From IMG/VR virus record IMGVR_UViG_3300033407_000002, positions 1 to 64,000 of that record: a stretch of DNA of 64,000 bases; one strand, 5' to 3'. Positions 49,313 to 58,561 of the stretch are shown piece after piece. Source of the stretch: a virus. The notes beneath the pieces are model-generated. The model saw only the letters and a program-made list of their open reading frames with translations, did no database searches and had not been told where the DNA came from. How positions within the stretch are numbered: the stretch's first letter is position 1; every line of letters starts with the position of its first letter. The position numbers and the translations under genes are program-made.

Positions 49313-50146
49313 ATGAGCAAAGTTCCCACGAAAATCGCTGACCGCATTGTGGCTGGCATCAAGCGGTTTCAGCCCATACTCTCCTCAGCCAAGACGCGAG
49401 ACGTCGGGGAATCCGATACGGTCACTATCGTGGTCGACATGCTGGCCGATATCTTCGGCTACGACAAATACGCCGAAATCACCTCCGAGCACGCTATCCG
49501 GGGGACCTACTGTGACCTGGCAACCAAGATCGACGGCGCTCTACAGATGCTCATCGAGGTCAAAGCGGTCGGAACCGACCTGAAAGAATGGCACGTCAAG
49601 CAGGCAATTGACTATGCCGCCAACCAGGGCGTTGACTGGGTCATCCTGACCAACGGCTTATCCTGGAAAGTTTTCAAAGTCACATTCGCCAAGCCGATCG
49701 GACAAGAACTGGTCCTGTTTATCGAATTCTGCTCTCTCAACGCACGGACCGCCAAGGACGTCGAATCGCTCTACCTGCTGTGCAAAGAGGGCTGGATCAA
49801 GTCTGCCCTGGGAGAGTTCCACACGCAGAAGGAAGCCCTCAACCGCTTCTTGCTCGGCGCGATGATCCTGAGCGAGCCGATCCTGCAGGTCTTGCGGCGG
49901 GAGCTGCGCAAGCTATCGCCGGATGTCCGCGTCGATACCCAAGAGATCGCCACCGTCCTTGTCAACGAAGTGCTCAAGCGGGAAGTCACCGAAGGCGATC
50001 AAGCCAAAGACTCCGCAAAGAAGCTTGCCCGGTTCGCTTCCAAACTACTCGCTAAGAAGCCCAAGCCAGCTACAGAAGCCGACGTTCCAGCAACACCTAG
50101 CGACGTTCCGGACGAACCGATACTGACCGATCCAAACGAGCCATAA
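49313..50146 (+). CDS. HsdR-N-terminal-like (HSDR_N_2) PD-(D/E)XK nuclease-domain protein
   Basis: Trimmed to ATG 49313, after AAGGAACC. The core reads DMLADIFGYDKY...YCDLATKIDGALQMLIEVKAVG...QAIDYAANQGVDWVILTNGLSWKVF. Confidence 0.7.
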   Translation: MSKVPTKIADRIVAGIKRFQPILSSAKTRDVGESDTVTIVVDMLADIFGYDKYAEITSEHAIRGTYCDLATKIDGALQMLIEVKAVGTDLKEWHVKQAIDYAANQGVDWVILTNGLSWKVFKVTFAKPIGQELVLFIEFCSLNARTAKDVESLYLLCKEGWIKSALGEFHTQKEALNRFLLGAMILSEPILQVLRRELRKLSPDVRVDTQEIATVLVNEVLKREVTEGDQAKDSAKKLARFASKLLAKKPKPATEADVPATPSDVPDEPILTDPNEP

Positions 50147-50372
50147 AACGGCGGCCGTCCATGGCCGTCCTAGCGTCGTCAGTGAATCAGGTTGGTCCCG
50201 CCCCAACTAACGTCCCCTGTTGCATCCTCGCCTTGAAACTTCGGCGGTCGCCCGTCTTATATCCGTAGGCTCAATTGGATGCCGGCCCGGCATTCTGGAC
50301 GCCCTGTTGGGAACCTAAGTCCCTCTCAGCCGGGAGGTGCGCGTCATCTGGCCGCGCTGCTGATCTACCATT

Positions 50373-50723
50373 TCAGCCCGCCAAACTACGTGAGCCTACC
50401 TGTATTTGCAACTCCGGGGCCCAGTCCGGCCAGTACAGACAGACGGCATGTTCGCTTCTGGCACGGCCATTCCAACTGCGGAACATCTTGGCCGCCTCCC
50501 GGACGGTTAGCCGCTGCTCGATCGTCGTAATCTCCCCGGTCTCCAGGTCGGCCACCAATACCCGCCACTGTCTCTTTGGCTTGCGGCGAATCACCGCTCG
50601 ATGCCCGCTAGCCATTGCCAGTTCCCGTGCCAGTTCCCGCGCCGCGCCGGTCCCCTGGACTTCCACCGTTACACGCTCGCCGCTATGGCGGTCGGTGTAC
50701 TCGATCTCAAACACTACGTTCAT
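50373..50723 (-). CDS. hypothetical protein
   Basis: Trimmed to ATG 50723 (MNVVFEIEY...), preceded by AAGGAG. Confidence 0.5.
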   Translation of the reverse strand: MNVVFEIEYTDRHSGERVTVEVQGTGAARELARELAMASGHRAVIRRKPKRQWRVLVADLETGEITTIEQRLTVREAAKMFRSWNGRARSEHAVCLYWPDWAPELQIQVGSRSLAG

Positions 50724-51061
50724 GTAGAACTCCTTACTCACCCCCGTCATGGGAAATTTAAGACATCAAACCTGCTAAGAATTAACGGTTGCGTCGATTT
50801 TGTCCAGCGCCGCGACACGTTTGGTCACTGATAGCAAAACACTTAAATCCCCTAGCGAACGGACCTTGCGCGCGGTTGAAAAGTTGTCGGCTCCCCGGCC
50901 GGCTTCCCTTTGGTGCCCGACTGTCTACCGGCACTCCACGGAGGTACGCCACCGCTCGAGAACTGCGGCAATGAGTGGCAACGATATGGCAACGACGGCC
51001 CCCAAAACAGCCTCATTTCGTGCCCTGCCTAACATGTTTTCCCTGTGAAAACCGCTACCGG

Positions 51062-51110
<49 letters not shown>

Positions 51111-51271
51111 GCCAAAAACCCTAGGAAATCAAGGACTTTCACGCTTTTTAAGAATCAGCCGCGTGGACCAAAAAGCATGACTGGCAACGCTTTTGGCAAC
51201 ACGCCCTTCCAGTCCCTATAAACTTATCGCTTTCCTGAGACGGATTTTCCGGGGAAGTTGAAAGCGATAAC

Positions 51272-52291
51272 ATGCGCAAGCCGTTCTACCGCAAGAGCCG
51301 CAATAAGTGGTTCGTCGTCAACGCCCACGGCAAGTTTCTCCCCCTGCATGAAGATGAGACCGAAGCCTATCGACTCTGGAATCAGATGCTCGAGCTATCG
51401 CGGCAACCCGGAGACCCGCGACTAACCGTCCTGTCGCTCTGTAGCCTCTTCCTGAGCGAACATGAGGTCTTACTTAAACCCGACCGCTACAAGCACCTGG
51501 AGCACTACGTGACGACGTTTGGCGTCGATAAAGGACATCTACTCTGCCGGGACATCACCAAGGCTACAATCGTCTCCTGGGTAGACTCCCATGCGGCATG
51601 GGGCGACTGGTCCCGGCGCGATGCCATCGCGTCCGCAAAGTATGTCTTCCGCTGGGGACTGAGCCACAAGTACATAGCGGACAACCACATAGCCGAACTG
51701 CCCAACCCACGACCGGAATCACGCGAGCGCGTTCTAACCGATGAGGAACACGCTCTGCTGATAACCGCCGCTCGGAAGCAGAAGGAGAACGGCAAGGAAT
51801 TTACGCTAGTCCTCATTGCCAGCCGCTGCGGAGCGCGACCCAAGCAGATCCGCGAAGTGACCGCCGGCAACGTCTTTGGCAATACGTGGGTCTTCAAGAA
51901 GCACAAGACACGCGGCAAGACAGGCAAACCGCTCGTAGTCTACCTACCGCCCTGCCTGGCCGTTCTGACGGCTATGCTGGTCCGCATGCACCCGACCGGT
52001 CCCTTATTCCGCCAAGCGTCCGGAAGGCCCTGGAGCAAGGACACCATCGCACGGCGGCTACTGAGGCTTCGCCGCTCGATCAATTTAGACGATCAGGTAA
52101 TCATGTACGCTTACCGGCATACTTACGCGACCAATGCCATGATGGCCGGATTATCCACGGCGGAGGTCGCAACGCTCTTGGGACATTCCGACACAAGAAT
52201 GGTCAGCGAAGTCTACGGGCACCTGGACCAGAACAACCAGCACATGCTCGGCGTGGCGGCTAGGAGTTACCGGCGCGCCGCAGAGCCTTGA
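51272..52291 (+). CDS. int: tyrosine recombinase / phage integrase
   Basis: 339 aa. C-terminal catalytic region AYRHTYATNAMMAGLSTAEVATLLGHSDTRMVSEVYGHL (H-x-x-R, LGH, catalytic Tyr). Confidence 0.9.
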   Translation: MRKPFYRKSRNKWFVVNAHGKFLPLHEDETEAYRLWNQMLELSRQPGDPRLTVLSLCSLFLSEHEVLLKPDRYKHLEHYVTTFGVDKGHLLCRDITKATIVSWVDSHAAWGDWSRRDAIASAKYVFRWGLSHKYIADNHIAELPNPRPESRERVLTDEEHALLITAARKQKENGKEFTLVLIASRCGARPKQIREVTAGNVFGNTWVFKKHKTRGKTGKPLVVYLPPCLAVLTAMLVRMHPTGPLFRQASGRPWSKDTIARRLLRLRRSINLDDQVIMYAYRHTYATNAMMAGLSTAEVATLLGHSDTRMVSEVYGHLDQNNQHMLGVAARSYRRAAEP

Positions 52292-52577
52292 CCAGCGCCG
52301 GGTGGAGCGGAACCACGTTTACCTTCGGGGGCGGCTCCACGGCCTCGACCGGATGATAGCCGGTTACCCGCGCGAGTGCTTCTTCGGGTATGCGGTACGT
52401 TTTCCGCTTGGTACCCGAGCCGATTGTGACGCTCGGGAGCTTGCCGGCGGCCACCATATTGCGAACGGTGGCCGCTGAGCACTGTAGTTTTTCGGCCACC
52501 TGAGCCGGTGTAAGCATGTTTTCCACGGCATTCCTCCTAACCTTCCCATGGTTAGGACCTACGATTGCCGTGCTCAT
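52260..52577 (-). CDS. xis: excisionase-family (MerR-like HTH) DNA-binding protein
   Basis: MLTPAQVAEKLQCSAATVRNMVAAGKLPSVTIGSGTKRKTYRIPEEAL is the excisionase HTH signature. Convergent with int. ATGA overlap with the upstream stop supports start 52577. Confidence 0.65.
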   Translation of the reverse strand: MSTAIVGPNHGKVRRNAVENMLTPAQVAEKLQCSAATVRNMVAAGKLPSVTIGSGTKRKTYRIPEEALARVTGYHPVEAVEPPPKVNVVPLHPALVKALRRAGNS

Positions 52578-52954
52578 GTCGTGCGGAACACTTCGATATC
52601 ACCCTCAGGCGGCGGTTCTTCCATGATAAGCACCCGGCTCCGCGTATCGGGAAGCCAGTTGAACCACCGGAAGCCAAGGAAGCCTGCCGCATCGGCTACG
52701 TGGTCTATCGTGATCTCGAGGTTTATCGGGTTCTCCGCGCCACCGCTGATATCGTTGGCTATCAACAGAGCCTGCCGACTTTCCGGCTCACCGCCAAGAT
52801 ACTGAAGTAGGAATACTTCATGCGGCGCATAGACATTCTGGCCGGCATAGACGACCAAAGCCTTCATGCCGAGCTTCATTAGCGGCTCCCTGAGGATGTT
52901 CGCATGCACCCTCGGGATGTCTAGTTCGTCTATCGGAGTCCAGTCTATGATCAT
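52574..52954 (-). CDS. hypothetical protein
   Basis: Track ORF 52574..53281 trimmed to ATG 52954 (MIIDWTPIDEL...), 3 nt after the upstream stop. Confidence 0.5.
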   Translation of the reverse strand: MIIDWTPIDELDIPRVHANILREPLMKLGMKALVVYAGQNVYAPHEVFLLQYLGGEPESRQALLIANDISGGAENPINLEITIDHVADAAGFLGFRWFNWLPDTRSRVLIMEEPPPEGDIEVFRTT

Positions 52955-52956
52955 CG

Positions 52957-53367
52957 CTACCACACTTTGATTCTTGCCTCTACCGTTGTTTGCTCTACCA
53001 CTACCAAGCTCGGGTCCGCCAAGTAAATCATGCCGCCACAATGACACCTTGGCTTCTGTGACACATCCTCCGTTTCCCATGAATTCGCTGAAATTCGGCT
53101 GAGGTGACCGCACAAATAGCACTTTGCGTCCACTATGCCACGCAGTTTCGCTGCCATCGGCAGAACGACTTGCCGCGTACGCTTCTCTCCGCTCTTTTCG
53201 ACGTGACCACGCTTCTTTCCGTCGAGACCACGGCGAAGGATTTCTTGGTGAATCTCCGCTAGAAGTGGGTGGTTCTTCCATGCGTTCGCCATCGCCAAAA
53301 TAGAGGCGTCGGCAAGGGTCGATAACTCTTTGCCCGCATGCTTGCCTGCTGGAATTATCATTTTCAC
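52957..53367 (-). CDS. DUF3820-like protein
   Basis: N-terminus MKMIIPAGKHAGKELSTLADASILAMA resembles the FGK(Y/H)xGxxL...YL motif of DUF3820. Cys cluster at the C-terminus. Confidence 0.5.
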   Translation of the reverse strand: MKMIIPAGKHAGKELSTLADASILAMANAWKNHPLLAEIHQEILRRGLDGKKRGHVEKSGEKRTRQVVLPMAAKLRGIVDAKCYLCGHLSRISANSWETEDVSQKPRCHCGGMIYLADPSLVVVEQTTVEARIKVW

Positions 53368-53406
53368 GTCGCTCCCGTTATTTAGTATCCTGCTCGTTCC
53401 TGCAGG

Positions 53407-53437
53407 AATGGACCAAATATGCCGGGCAATATGTCGC
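53407..53437 (-). promoter_or_regulatory. promoter-like motif GCGACA-N18-GTC (copy 12)
   Basis: Minus strand: GCGACA TATTGCCCGGC ATATTTG GTCCATT; 40 nt upstream of ATG 53367. Confidence 0.5.
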
Positions 53438-53818
53438 TGCTACATGACCCTATATGACATAGTCCTAAATCGCCTAGCGCGCACCGCCCCCTTACATCCC
53501 TGGTTGATGCCACCAGCGTCCGCTGGTAACGGGATAGTTAGTACGCTATAGCTCAGACGATTCAGCCCTGTCCTAGCGCCAGTATGTGTATCAACCGAGG
53601 TCAAGAGTTGTCGGGGTTTGGACAGTGCTCTCACTGGGGTTACTGGCAGTCGGTTTGCTGGGTTGCGATTCCATCACCCAGGGCTTGGGATTTATTAGGT
53701 CCCTCGTGCGATTGGCCGGCCGGTGCTCTTTTCCCCCGCCGTGTTTTAAGAGCTTTCCCTAATTCGCCTATCGCGTTCGCTATTCGTTCGTCGAATCAAA
53801 TTGCTCTACGCGACCTTA

Positions 53819-53853
53819 GAAACGAAAACAGCCACTAGGTGACCCAGCGGCTG
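53819..53853 (-). terminator. intrinsic terminator
   Basis: Minus strand: CAGCCGCT-GGGTCACCT-AGTGGCTG (8 bp, including one G-U pair) followed by TTTTCGTTTC. Confidence 0.45.
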
Positions 53854-54063
53854 CTTTCTATTCTCAGAACCTGATGGTGGGCGTGCGCGGTGAACGTGAG
53901 GAAACCGTGCAGGCACTCAGGTGCGAGCTTCAGATTATACACGTTCGTGCGACAAATCCCACCAAGGATCTTAGGTCACGCGAGAAAAGTTACCGACATG
54001 CGGGACAGACTGCAAGCTCTAGATAGGTCGCATGGACCGGAATACGGAAATTAGTTCTCGGCG

Positions 54064-54303
54064 TCAGCGCGTCTGGACAGTGGCTGGCAAACGCTCACCA
54101 CCCTCCCCGCCGCGTCTGGGCCTAACGTAGCGGTGGCCACTTGCCTCACCTGGACCCGTATAGCAGATCAACCATCGCCCGCCGTCAGTGTCCTCTATCA
54201 AAAGTCGGCTCCCGCTGTGGGTCGCGCACCAAGAGAGGATCTTCAGCACTTTGATCGAGTCGCTGCCGATTGTGATTTTATCGCCGATGGAGAGTTTGGT
54301 CAT
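54064..54303 (-). CDS. hypothetical protein
   Basis: 79-aa track ORF. Confidence 0.45.
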   Translation of the reverse strand: MTKLSIGDKITIGSDSIKVLKILSWCATHSGSRLLIEDTDGGRWLICYTGPGEASGHRYVRPRRGGEGGERLPATVQTR

Positions 54304-54312
54304 CCGATTGTC

Positions 54313-54528
54313 CTATTCATCGTTCCAGCATTGGCACGGCATACCTACCGGCTGAATGCAACCGCATGAACTGCAAAACAGTTGCAATATGTTGAGACGC
54401 TGCTGGGCGGTCATATCCGCCATTTGGTTTGCAACGTCCGCAGTTTCGCTACCGACGGCTTCCCATGGGCCGTTCGGTTCTCTTCGGACCTTGAGTTGAC
54501 CGTCAACAATTCTCGATTCGTAGAACAT
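54313..54528 (-). CDS. hypothetical Cys-rich protein
   Basis: 71-aa track ORF; CSSCGC...CQC. Confidence 0.45.
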   Translation of the reverse strand: MFYESRIVDGQLKVRREPNGPWEAVGSETADVANQMADMTAQQRLNILQLFCSSCGCIQPVGMPCQCWNDE

Positions 54529-54547
54529 AATCAGCCTGACTCCACTA

Positions 54548-54889
54548 CTATGCGTACCACTTCTTAACAGCTTTCCATGCCTCTACGGTCTGATTGCATC
54601 CGAGCGCTAACAGCAATTCACACAGCAATTCATCGGCGATTTGGTGCCCATCCTCGGAGCCTTGGTCTGCCGTCTCCTCCTTGATTTTGTTTGCAAATAC
54701 CGTGTCTTTCACCGGGATAAGCCAATCGTGCCCGCCGGACACTTTGCCCGCCACCCAAGCCGCGGACGCATCCCAGCCTTTCTGGATCTCCGGCGATAAG
54801 TGCTCCCACTGCGGAAGCGGACCGCCGGCGTGATTCGCGTACGCCTCATAGGCTTCTTGGGCTAATAGCATTCCGAGACTCCGTCGCAA
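54548..54889 (-). CDS. hypothetical protein
   Basis: 113-aa track ORF. Confidence 0.5.
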   Translation of the reverse strand: MRRSLGMLLAQEAYEAYANHAGGPLPQWEHLSPEIQKGWDASAAWVAGKVSGGHDWLIPVKDTVFANKIKEETADQGSEDGHQIADELLCELLLALGCNQTVEAWKAVKKWYA

Positions 54890-54964
54890 TTACATGTGCG
54901 TTTTTTGGTCGTTCCCGTGTCGGCAATCGGCACAGCGGCCGGCGCGGGGTGGGTAGGTGATCAT

Positions 54965-55258
54965 CTAAACTAAGCGATACGAAACGTAATAGGTTTTCTG
55001 GCAATAAAAAGAAGTATCCTGATTGCCGCCCGTGCTGCGTCTGAGCAGTCCATCGAGCCACATTCGCCGCAGCGTCGCGGCCAGGTCGGGGCAGGACGCT
55101 GGGCCAATCGTGTACTGCCTCAGCGCAACACCGAATTCGGCAGCGTACGCCTCTTCCATCTCACCCTCGCCCACCATCACACGCTTGTACGATCGCTTGC
55201 CGATGTAGGCCAAGAGCCAATCACGCTTCTGGTGATATTTACGTCGAGTCTTCACCAT
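54965..55258 (-). CDS. hypothetical protein
   Basis: 97-aa track ORF. Confidence 0.5.
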   Translation of the reverse strand: MVKTRRKYHQKRDWLLAYIGKRSYKRVMVGEGEMEEAYAAEFGVALRQYTIGPASCPDLAATLRRMWLDGLLRRSTGGNQDTSFYCQKTYYVSYRLV

Positions 55259-55261
55259 GGT

Positions 55262-55426
55262 TCAGCCTTCGATTGCCTGCAATGCATCCTTAGGTTTGTT
55301 GGCTGGTGCCAGCCAAACTGTATCCATCCACCAGCCGCTTTTAGTGTCGCCCAAAAAATCCTCTTTCTTTTCGAGCTTGGCCCCCATCTCGATCAGTCTC
55401 TCAGTCGCTTCGCGTTCTGTCATCAT
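55262..55426 (-). CDS. small hypothetical protein (54 aa, not in ORF track)
   Basis: Own translation: MMTEREATERLIEMGAKLEKKEDFLGDTKSGWWMDTVWLAPANKPKDALQAIEG. GGAG RBS; a promoter motif ends 54 nt upstream. Confidence 0.45.
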   Translation of the reverse strand: MMTEREATERLIEMGAKLEKKEDFLGDTKSGWWMDTVWLAPANKPKDALQAIEG

Positions 55427-55479
55427 TCTTCTCCAGGTTAGGCCTGCGGGCCGTGCAAGTTAGTGTTCTGTCGATACCC

Positions 55480-55510
55480 TACCGACTAGATTACCAGCAA
55501 TTTGTGTCGT
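55480..55510 (-). promoter_or_regulatory. promoter-like motif aCGACA-N18-GTC (copy 13)
   Basis: Minus strand: ACGACA CAAATTGCTGG TAATCTA GTCGGTA. Confidence 0.55.
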
Positions 55511-55523
55511 CTTGTTGGCGGAA

Positions 55524-55970
55524 TTACCCGGAAATTTCCCGAATACTCACTCCCCGAATCGGATAGTCCCCACGCCGGCGCATGTACCGCTGAACAGCCC
55601 CCACGCATGGCGGCAACATTACCGGCAGTTTCCGGACGCTAAACCGACCCAAGAACTCCCGGTCAAACTGGCCCCAGTCAAAGCGATGCTTAAGCCAGAG
55701 CATCTGTTCCAGTCCCGGACGCTCGACCATCAGGCTCTGCTTGAGCAGGTCTCCGCTCTGCACCCGATGACAGCGGGAACACATTAAAACCACCACCCTG
55801 CGGTCCTCGATTCGCGGCATGCTCACGATATGGCACCGCTCGATCAGCCACGGCGCATGCCACGGCTCCGGCCGGTCCTCCTGGGTCCTCCCGCAGTACC
55901 AACACCATGGGTAGTCGGTGTCCTGCAACATGCTCGCGTAGCCGCGCGGTTCCGCCAGTGCGTGCTTCAT
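55524..55970 (-). CDS. HNH-like zinc-finger endonuclease
   Basis: 148 aa. CWYCG...ERCHIV...CSRCH resembles an HNH/Cys4 arrangement. Confidence 0.5.
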   Translation of the reverse strand: MKHALAEPRGYASMLQDTDYPWCWYCGRTQEDRPEPWHAPWLIERCHIVSMPRIEDRRVVVLMCSRCHRVQSGDLLKQSLMVERPGLEQMLWLKHRFDWGQFDREFLGRFSVRKLPVMLPPCVGAVQRYMRRRGDYPIRGVSIREISG

Positions 55971-55988
55971 CCGTCAATCCTCCGGTTA

Positions 55989-56019
55989 TCTAGACCGGAT
56001 TATTCGGACGGTATGTCGC
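55989..56019 (-). promoter_or_regulatory. promoter-like motif GCGACA-N18-GTC (copy 14)
   Basis: Minus strand: GCGACA TACCGTCCGAA TAATCCG GTCTAGA; 19 nt upstream of ATG 55970, with GGAGGA in between. Confidence 0.55.
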
Positions 56020-56275
56020 GCCAGCGCTTGAGCCATGCCGTGCATTCAGACCACCAGCGGTTGAGCCACGCCTGCCGCTTGCGGCAGCCGCACTGCTTGC
56101 CAGTTAGCCGCTTGTAGAGCCGCTTGAATTGCCGTCCGCCTATCGGGTCGATAACGCGGGCGAACTTCGTCCCTAAACCGTACCTGACGAATTTGCAACT
56201 CGGGCACTTGGGCTCAGTTACGTTTGGCCCTAATCGTAACTGCGTGCCGCACCTTGGGCAGTCAAAGAATAACAT
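56000..56275 (-). CDS. zinc-ribbon protein
   Basis: 91 aa; CPRCG...CPSC. Confidence 0.45.
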   Translation of the reverse strand: MLFFDCPRCGTQLRLGPNVTEPKCPSCKFVRYGLGTKFARVIDPIGGRQFKRLYKRLTGKQCGCRKRQAWLNRWWSECTAWLKRWRDIPSE

Positions 56276-56984
56276 ACGACATGGCCACGCCTGTTAGGTC
56301 GCACCAGTCCTCGTCAGGGGCGATGAATGTGGTTTGATTGGGATATTTCAAATGCAAACTAGAATTATCGCTTGTCTGGCCACTTGTATTGATTGTTGAG
56401 TCGAAAGTATAGCTTTCATCGATAGACTCTTCTTCCAACGTAGGAAATTCGCACCGTACATCCACTCCGAATGTAATATCTTTTATCCATTGGATTACAG
56501 CTCGCGGCACTCCTAGAAGATTAGGTTTTCGTACCCCCGATATTACCTTTGTGATCAGATGTATTTTGTAGGGAAAGGTGCTTGTGTCATTTCCCCAAAA
56601 TATACTGAATTGTCTGTTGTATCTTGTATTGCCCCCGTCCGTGTCGCATAGATTATCAATAAACACTTGGGTTGCTGCTGTATCGCACGACACTTGATAA
56701 ATGCCGTTTATGTTTGCACAGTCGTAGCAATCGACGGTGGCTACTTGCAGTATTCCGGATATGGTTACTTGGACATCAGGTATCGAAAGAAACCAGTTGT
56801 CAATTGGAACGAAGTACTTGCACGAATTTTCTATTGCTGGACATTCCTCCTCGCCGCACTTCGCTAAATGCCCGCTGGCCGTCCGCGTCAAATGCCCACT
56901 CGTCAGCTTCAAGTGGCCCATGAGCAGCCGCGACCAGTCAGGACGCCAGTGCGGTCGATAGCTCGGAAGAATCAATCCGCTCAC
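56262..56984 (-). CDS. tail-fibre / receptor-binding-like protein (hypothetical)
   Basis: Trimmed to GTG 56984 (GTGA overlap with the upstream stop). N-terminal SGHL repeats. The C-terminal two thirds lie in a visibly AT-richer, Asn/Ser/Thr/Cys-rich segment. It is the last gene of the tail block. Confidence 0.5.
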   Translation of the reverse strand: MSGLILPSYRPHWRPDWSRLLMGHLKLTSGHLTRTASGHLAKCGEEECPAIENSCKYFVPIDNWFLSIPDVQVTISGILQVATVDCYDCANINGIYQVSCDTAATQVFIDNLCDTDGGNTRYNRQFSIFWGNDTSTFPYKIHLITKVISGVRKPNLLGVPRAVIQWIKDITFGVDVRCEFPTLEEESIDESYTFDSTINTSGQTSDNSSLHLKYPNQTTFIAPDEDWCDLTGVAMSYVIL

Positions 56985-58561
56985 ACGCAGTCCTCCGCCG
57001 TATCGATGGTCGTGTAAGTCGTGCCGTCCTTGGTTTGCCGGAGGGTTGGATCGACCCATGCGACACCGACAACATACGGGCCAAGTGCGTAGTAATCGTC
57101 GCCCTCCTTAACGCACATGCCGCGGTAGCCGCTCGTCAAGCCGGCAAAGTGGCCAAGCGGATCTTTGAGCGTTGCTCCCGTTTCGATCTCGGTATCATCG
57201 GCTAGATTGCGAATCGTCGCCGTTCCCGTTCCGCCGCTGATCGTTCCAGTGAGCGTGTAAAGGTACGTCGCGTTGCCTGCTGTTTCACCCCGGTAGAAGC
57301 TCGTGATCCGCCACGCCTCATCCCGATAACTGTATTCCGCTTCGCCCTTCTGACCGGATAGGCCGTTGATGACTAGCTTCATCGGATCCGATAGCGTCGT
57401 CGGTACCGGCACGTCTCCCGCCGTGTACTCAGCCGCCTGCAAAACGGTAAAGTCCGTAGTCGTCGTTATCGTCTCCGTCGGCATGTCGTCCGACAACTCG
57501 AACTGAATCCGCCGCTTCTCGACCGGCAAAATCGCGATGAGTTCAAACCACCCCGCATTGTCGTTCCATGCCACAATACCGTCGTCGCCGCTGAGCCCGA
57601 TCAGGTTGTGCGGATTGTGAATCGTCGGTCTTGGCGTTGGCAGGAACGAAAATGGATACGGCGTCAGCGCTACGAAACTGGACGTGGTTATCGGATCCTG
57701 ATCCGCCACCTTTCCCTGCGTCGTGGACCCTACCGAAAACCCGTGCGTATCGGCACTGAACGTGATGAGCGACCACATCGCATATTGGTCAATTTCCGAC
57801 AGCCAATACTCATCCCCAATCTTCACCGCCCATCCCACCGCGCCCACGAACCCCTTCTTGAGCCCCGTGTTGTAAACCGCGATCGGCTCGCCGGCCAATA
57901 TGCCGAACTCGCCGCTAACCGTGATCGTCGCCGCCGCAACCTGACCCACTCCAGCCGCCAAGTTGCTGGTCAAAACGAACACATGCCCCTTGCCAACTCC
58001 GCTCGCCAGATCGGTGAGCTTCGGTATCGGAGCTACCCAGCACAATCCCTCTCGCGCGGTGAGCGAATCGCTACTGAGCATCACCACCTGTTTCTGGTCC
58101 TGCACGTCGCCGTTGGCTACTGCGTACTCGGGCGTGCTAAACCGACTGGCTACTCCTCCGCCGGCTGAGGTGTCCGGATAGAGCACCTTGCCGCGCAGTG
58201 CCGATAGCGGGTTGGTTGCATGACCGACTCTCGCAAGCGCCGGAAAGTCGCTGGTGACGCTGCCGAACCGCTGCGTAGTGTCCGTTGCTCGGCTGCCACG
58301 GATGCGCGCCGGTCCGTTGACGCACAGCACCGCTCGGGACCTGGTCGCATTGCTGCCGTCGGGAGCCTGAGAGGTATACGGCGAAACACCCATCACGTCC
58401 GTCAAGGGATGCCGCTGTGAAGTTAAAAAGTCCTGCTGGAGAGCTGGGAAAATGTAGCACGGTGCAAACGGCTCGATGTCAAACTCACTGCCGTTGAAGA
58501 CCGGAAACCAGCGCGACGACTCGCGATAGGTCGATGGTATTTTTCCATTGAGCGTTGTCAT
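56981..58561 (-). CDS. tail/baseplate structural protein (hypothetical)
   Basis: 526-aa track ORF, translationally coupled within the tail block. Confidence 0.6.
   Translation of the reverse strand: MTTLNGKIPSTYRESSRWFPVFNGSEFDIEPFAPCYIFPALQQDFLTSQRHPLTDVMGVSPYTSQAPDGSNATRSRAVLCVNGPARIRGSRATDTTQRFGSVTSDFPALARVGHATNPLSALRGKVLYPDTSAGGGVASRFSTPEYAVANGDVQDQKQVVMLSSDSLTAREGLCWVAPIPKLTDLASGVGKGHVFVLTSNLAAGVGQVAAATITVSGEFGILAGEPIAVYNTGLKKGFVGAVGWAVKIGDEYWLSEIDQYAMWSLITFSADTHGFSVGSTTQGKVADQDPITTSSFVALTPYPFSFLPTPRPTIHNPHNLIGLSGDDGIVAWNDNAGWFELIAILPVEKRRIQFELSDDMPTETITTTTDFTVLQAAEYTAGDVPVPTTLSDPMKLVINGLSGQKGEAEYSYRDEAWRITSFYRGETAGNATYLYTLTGTISGGTGTATIRNLADDTEIETGATLKDPLGHFAGLTSGYRGMCVKEGDDYYALGPYVVGVAWVDPTLRQTKDGTTYTTIDTAEDCV

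Noticed and set aside
53991-54031. Additional promoter-motif copy (GCGACC ... GTCGGTA)
   Set aside because: The two blocks are 28 nt apart instead of the invariant 18 nt, and no gene start follows closely. It is noted in a finding but not counted as a copy.
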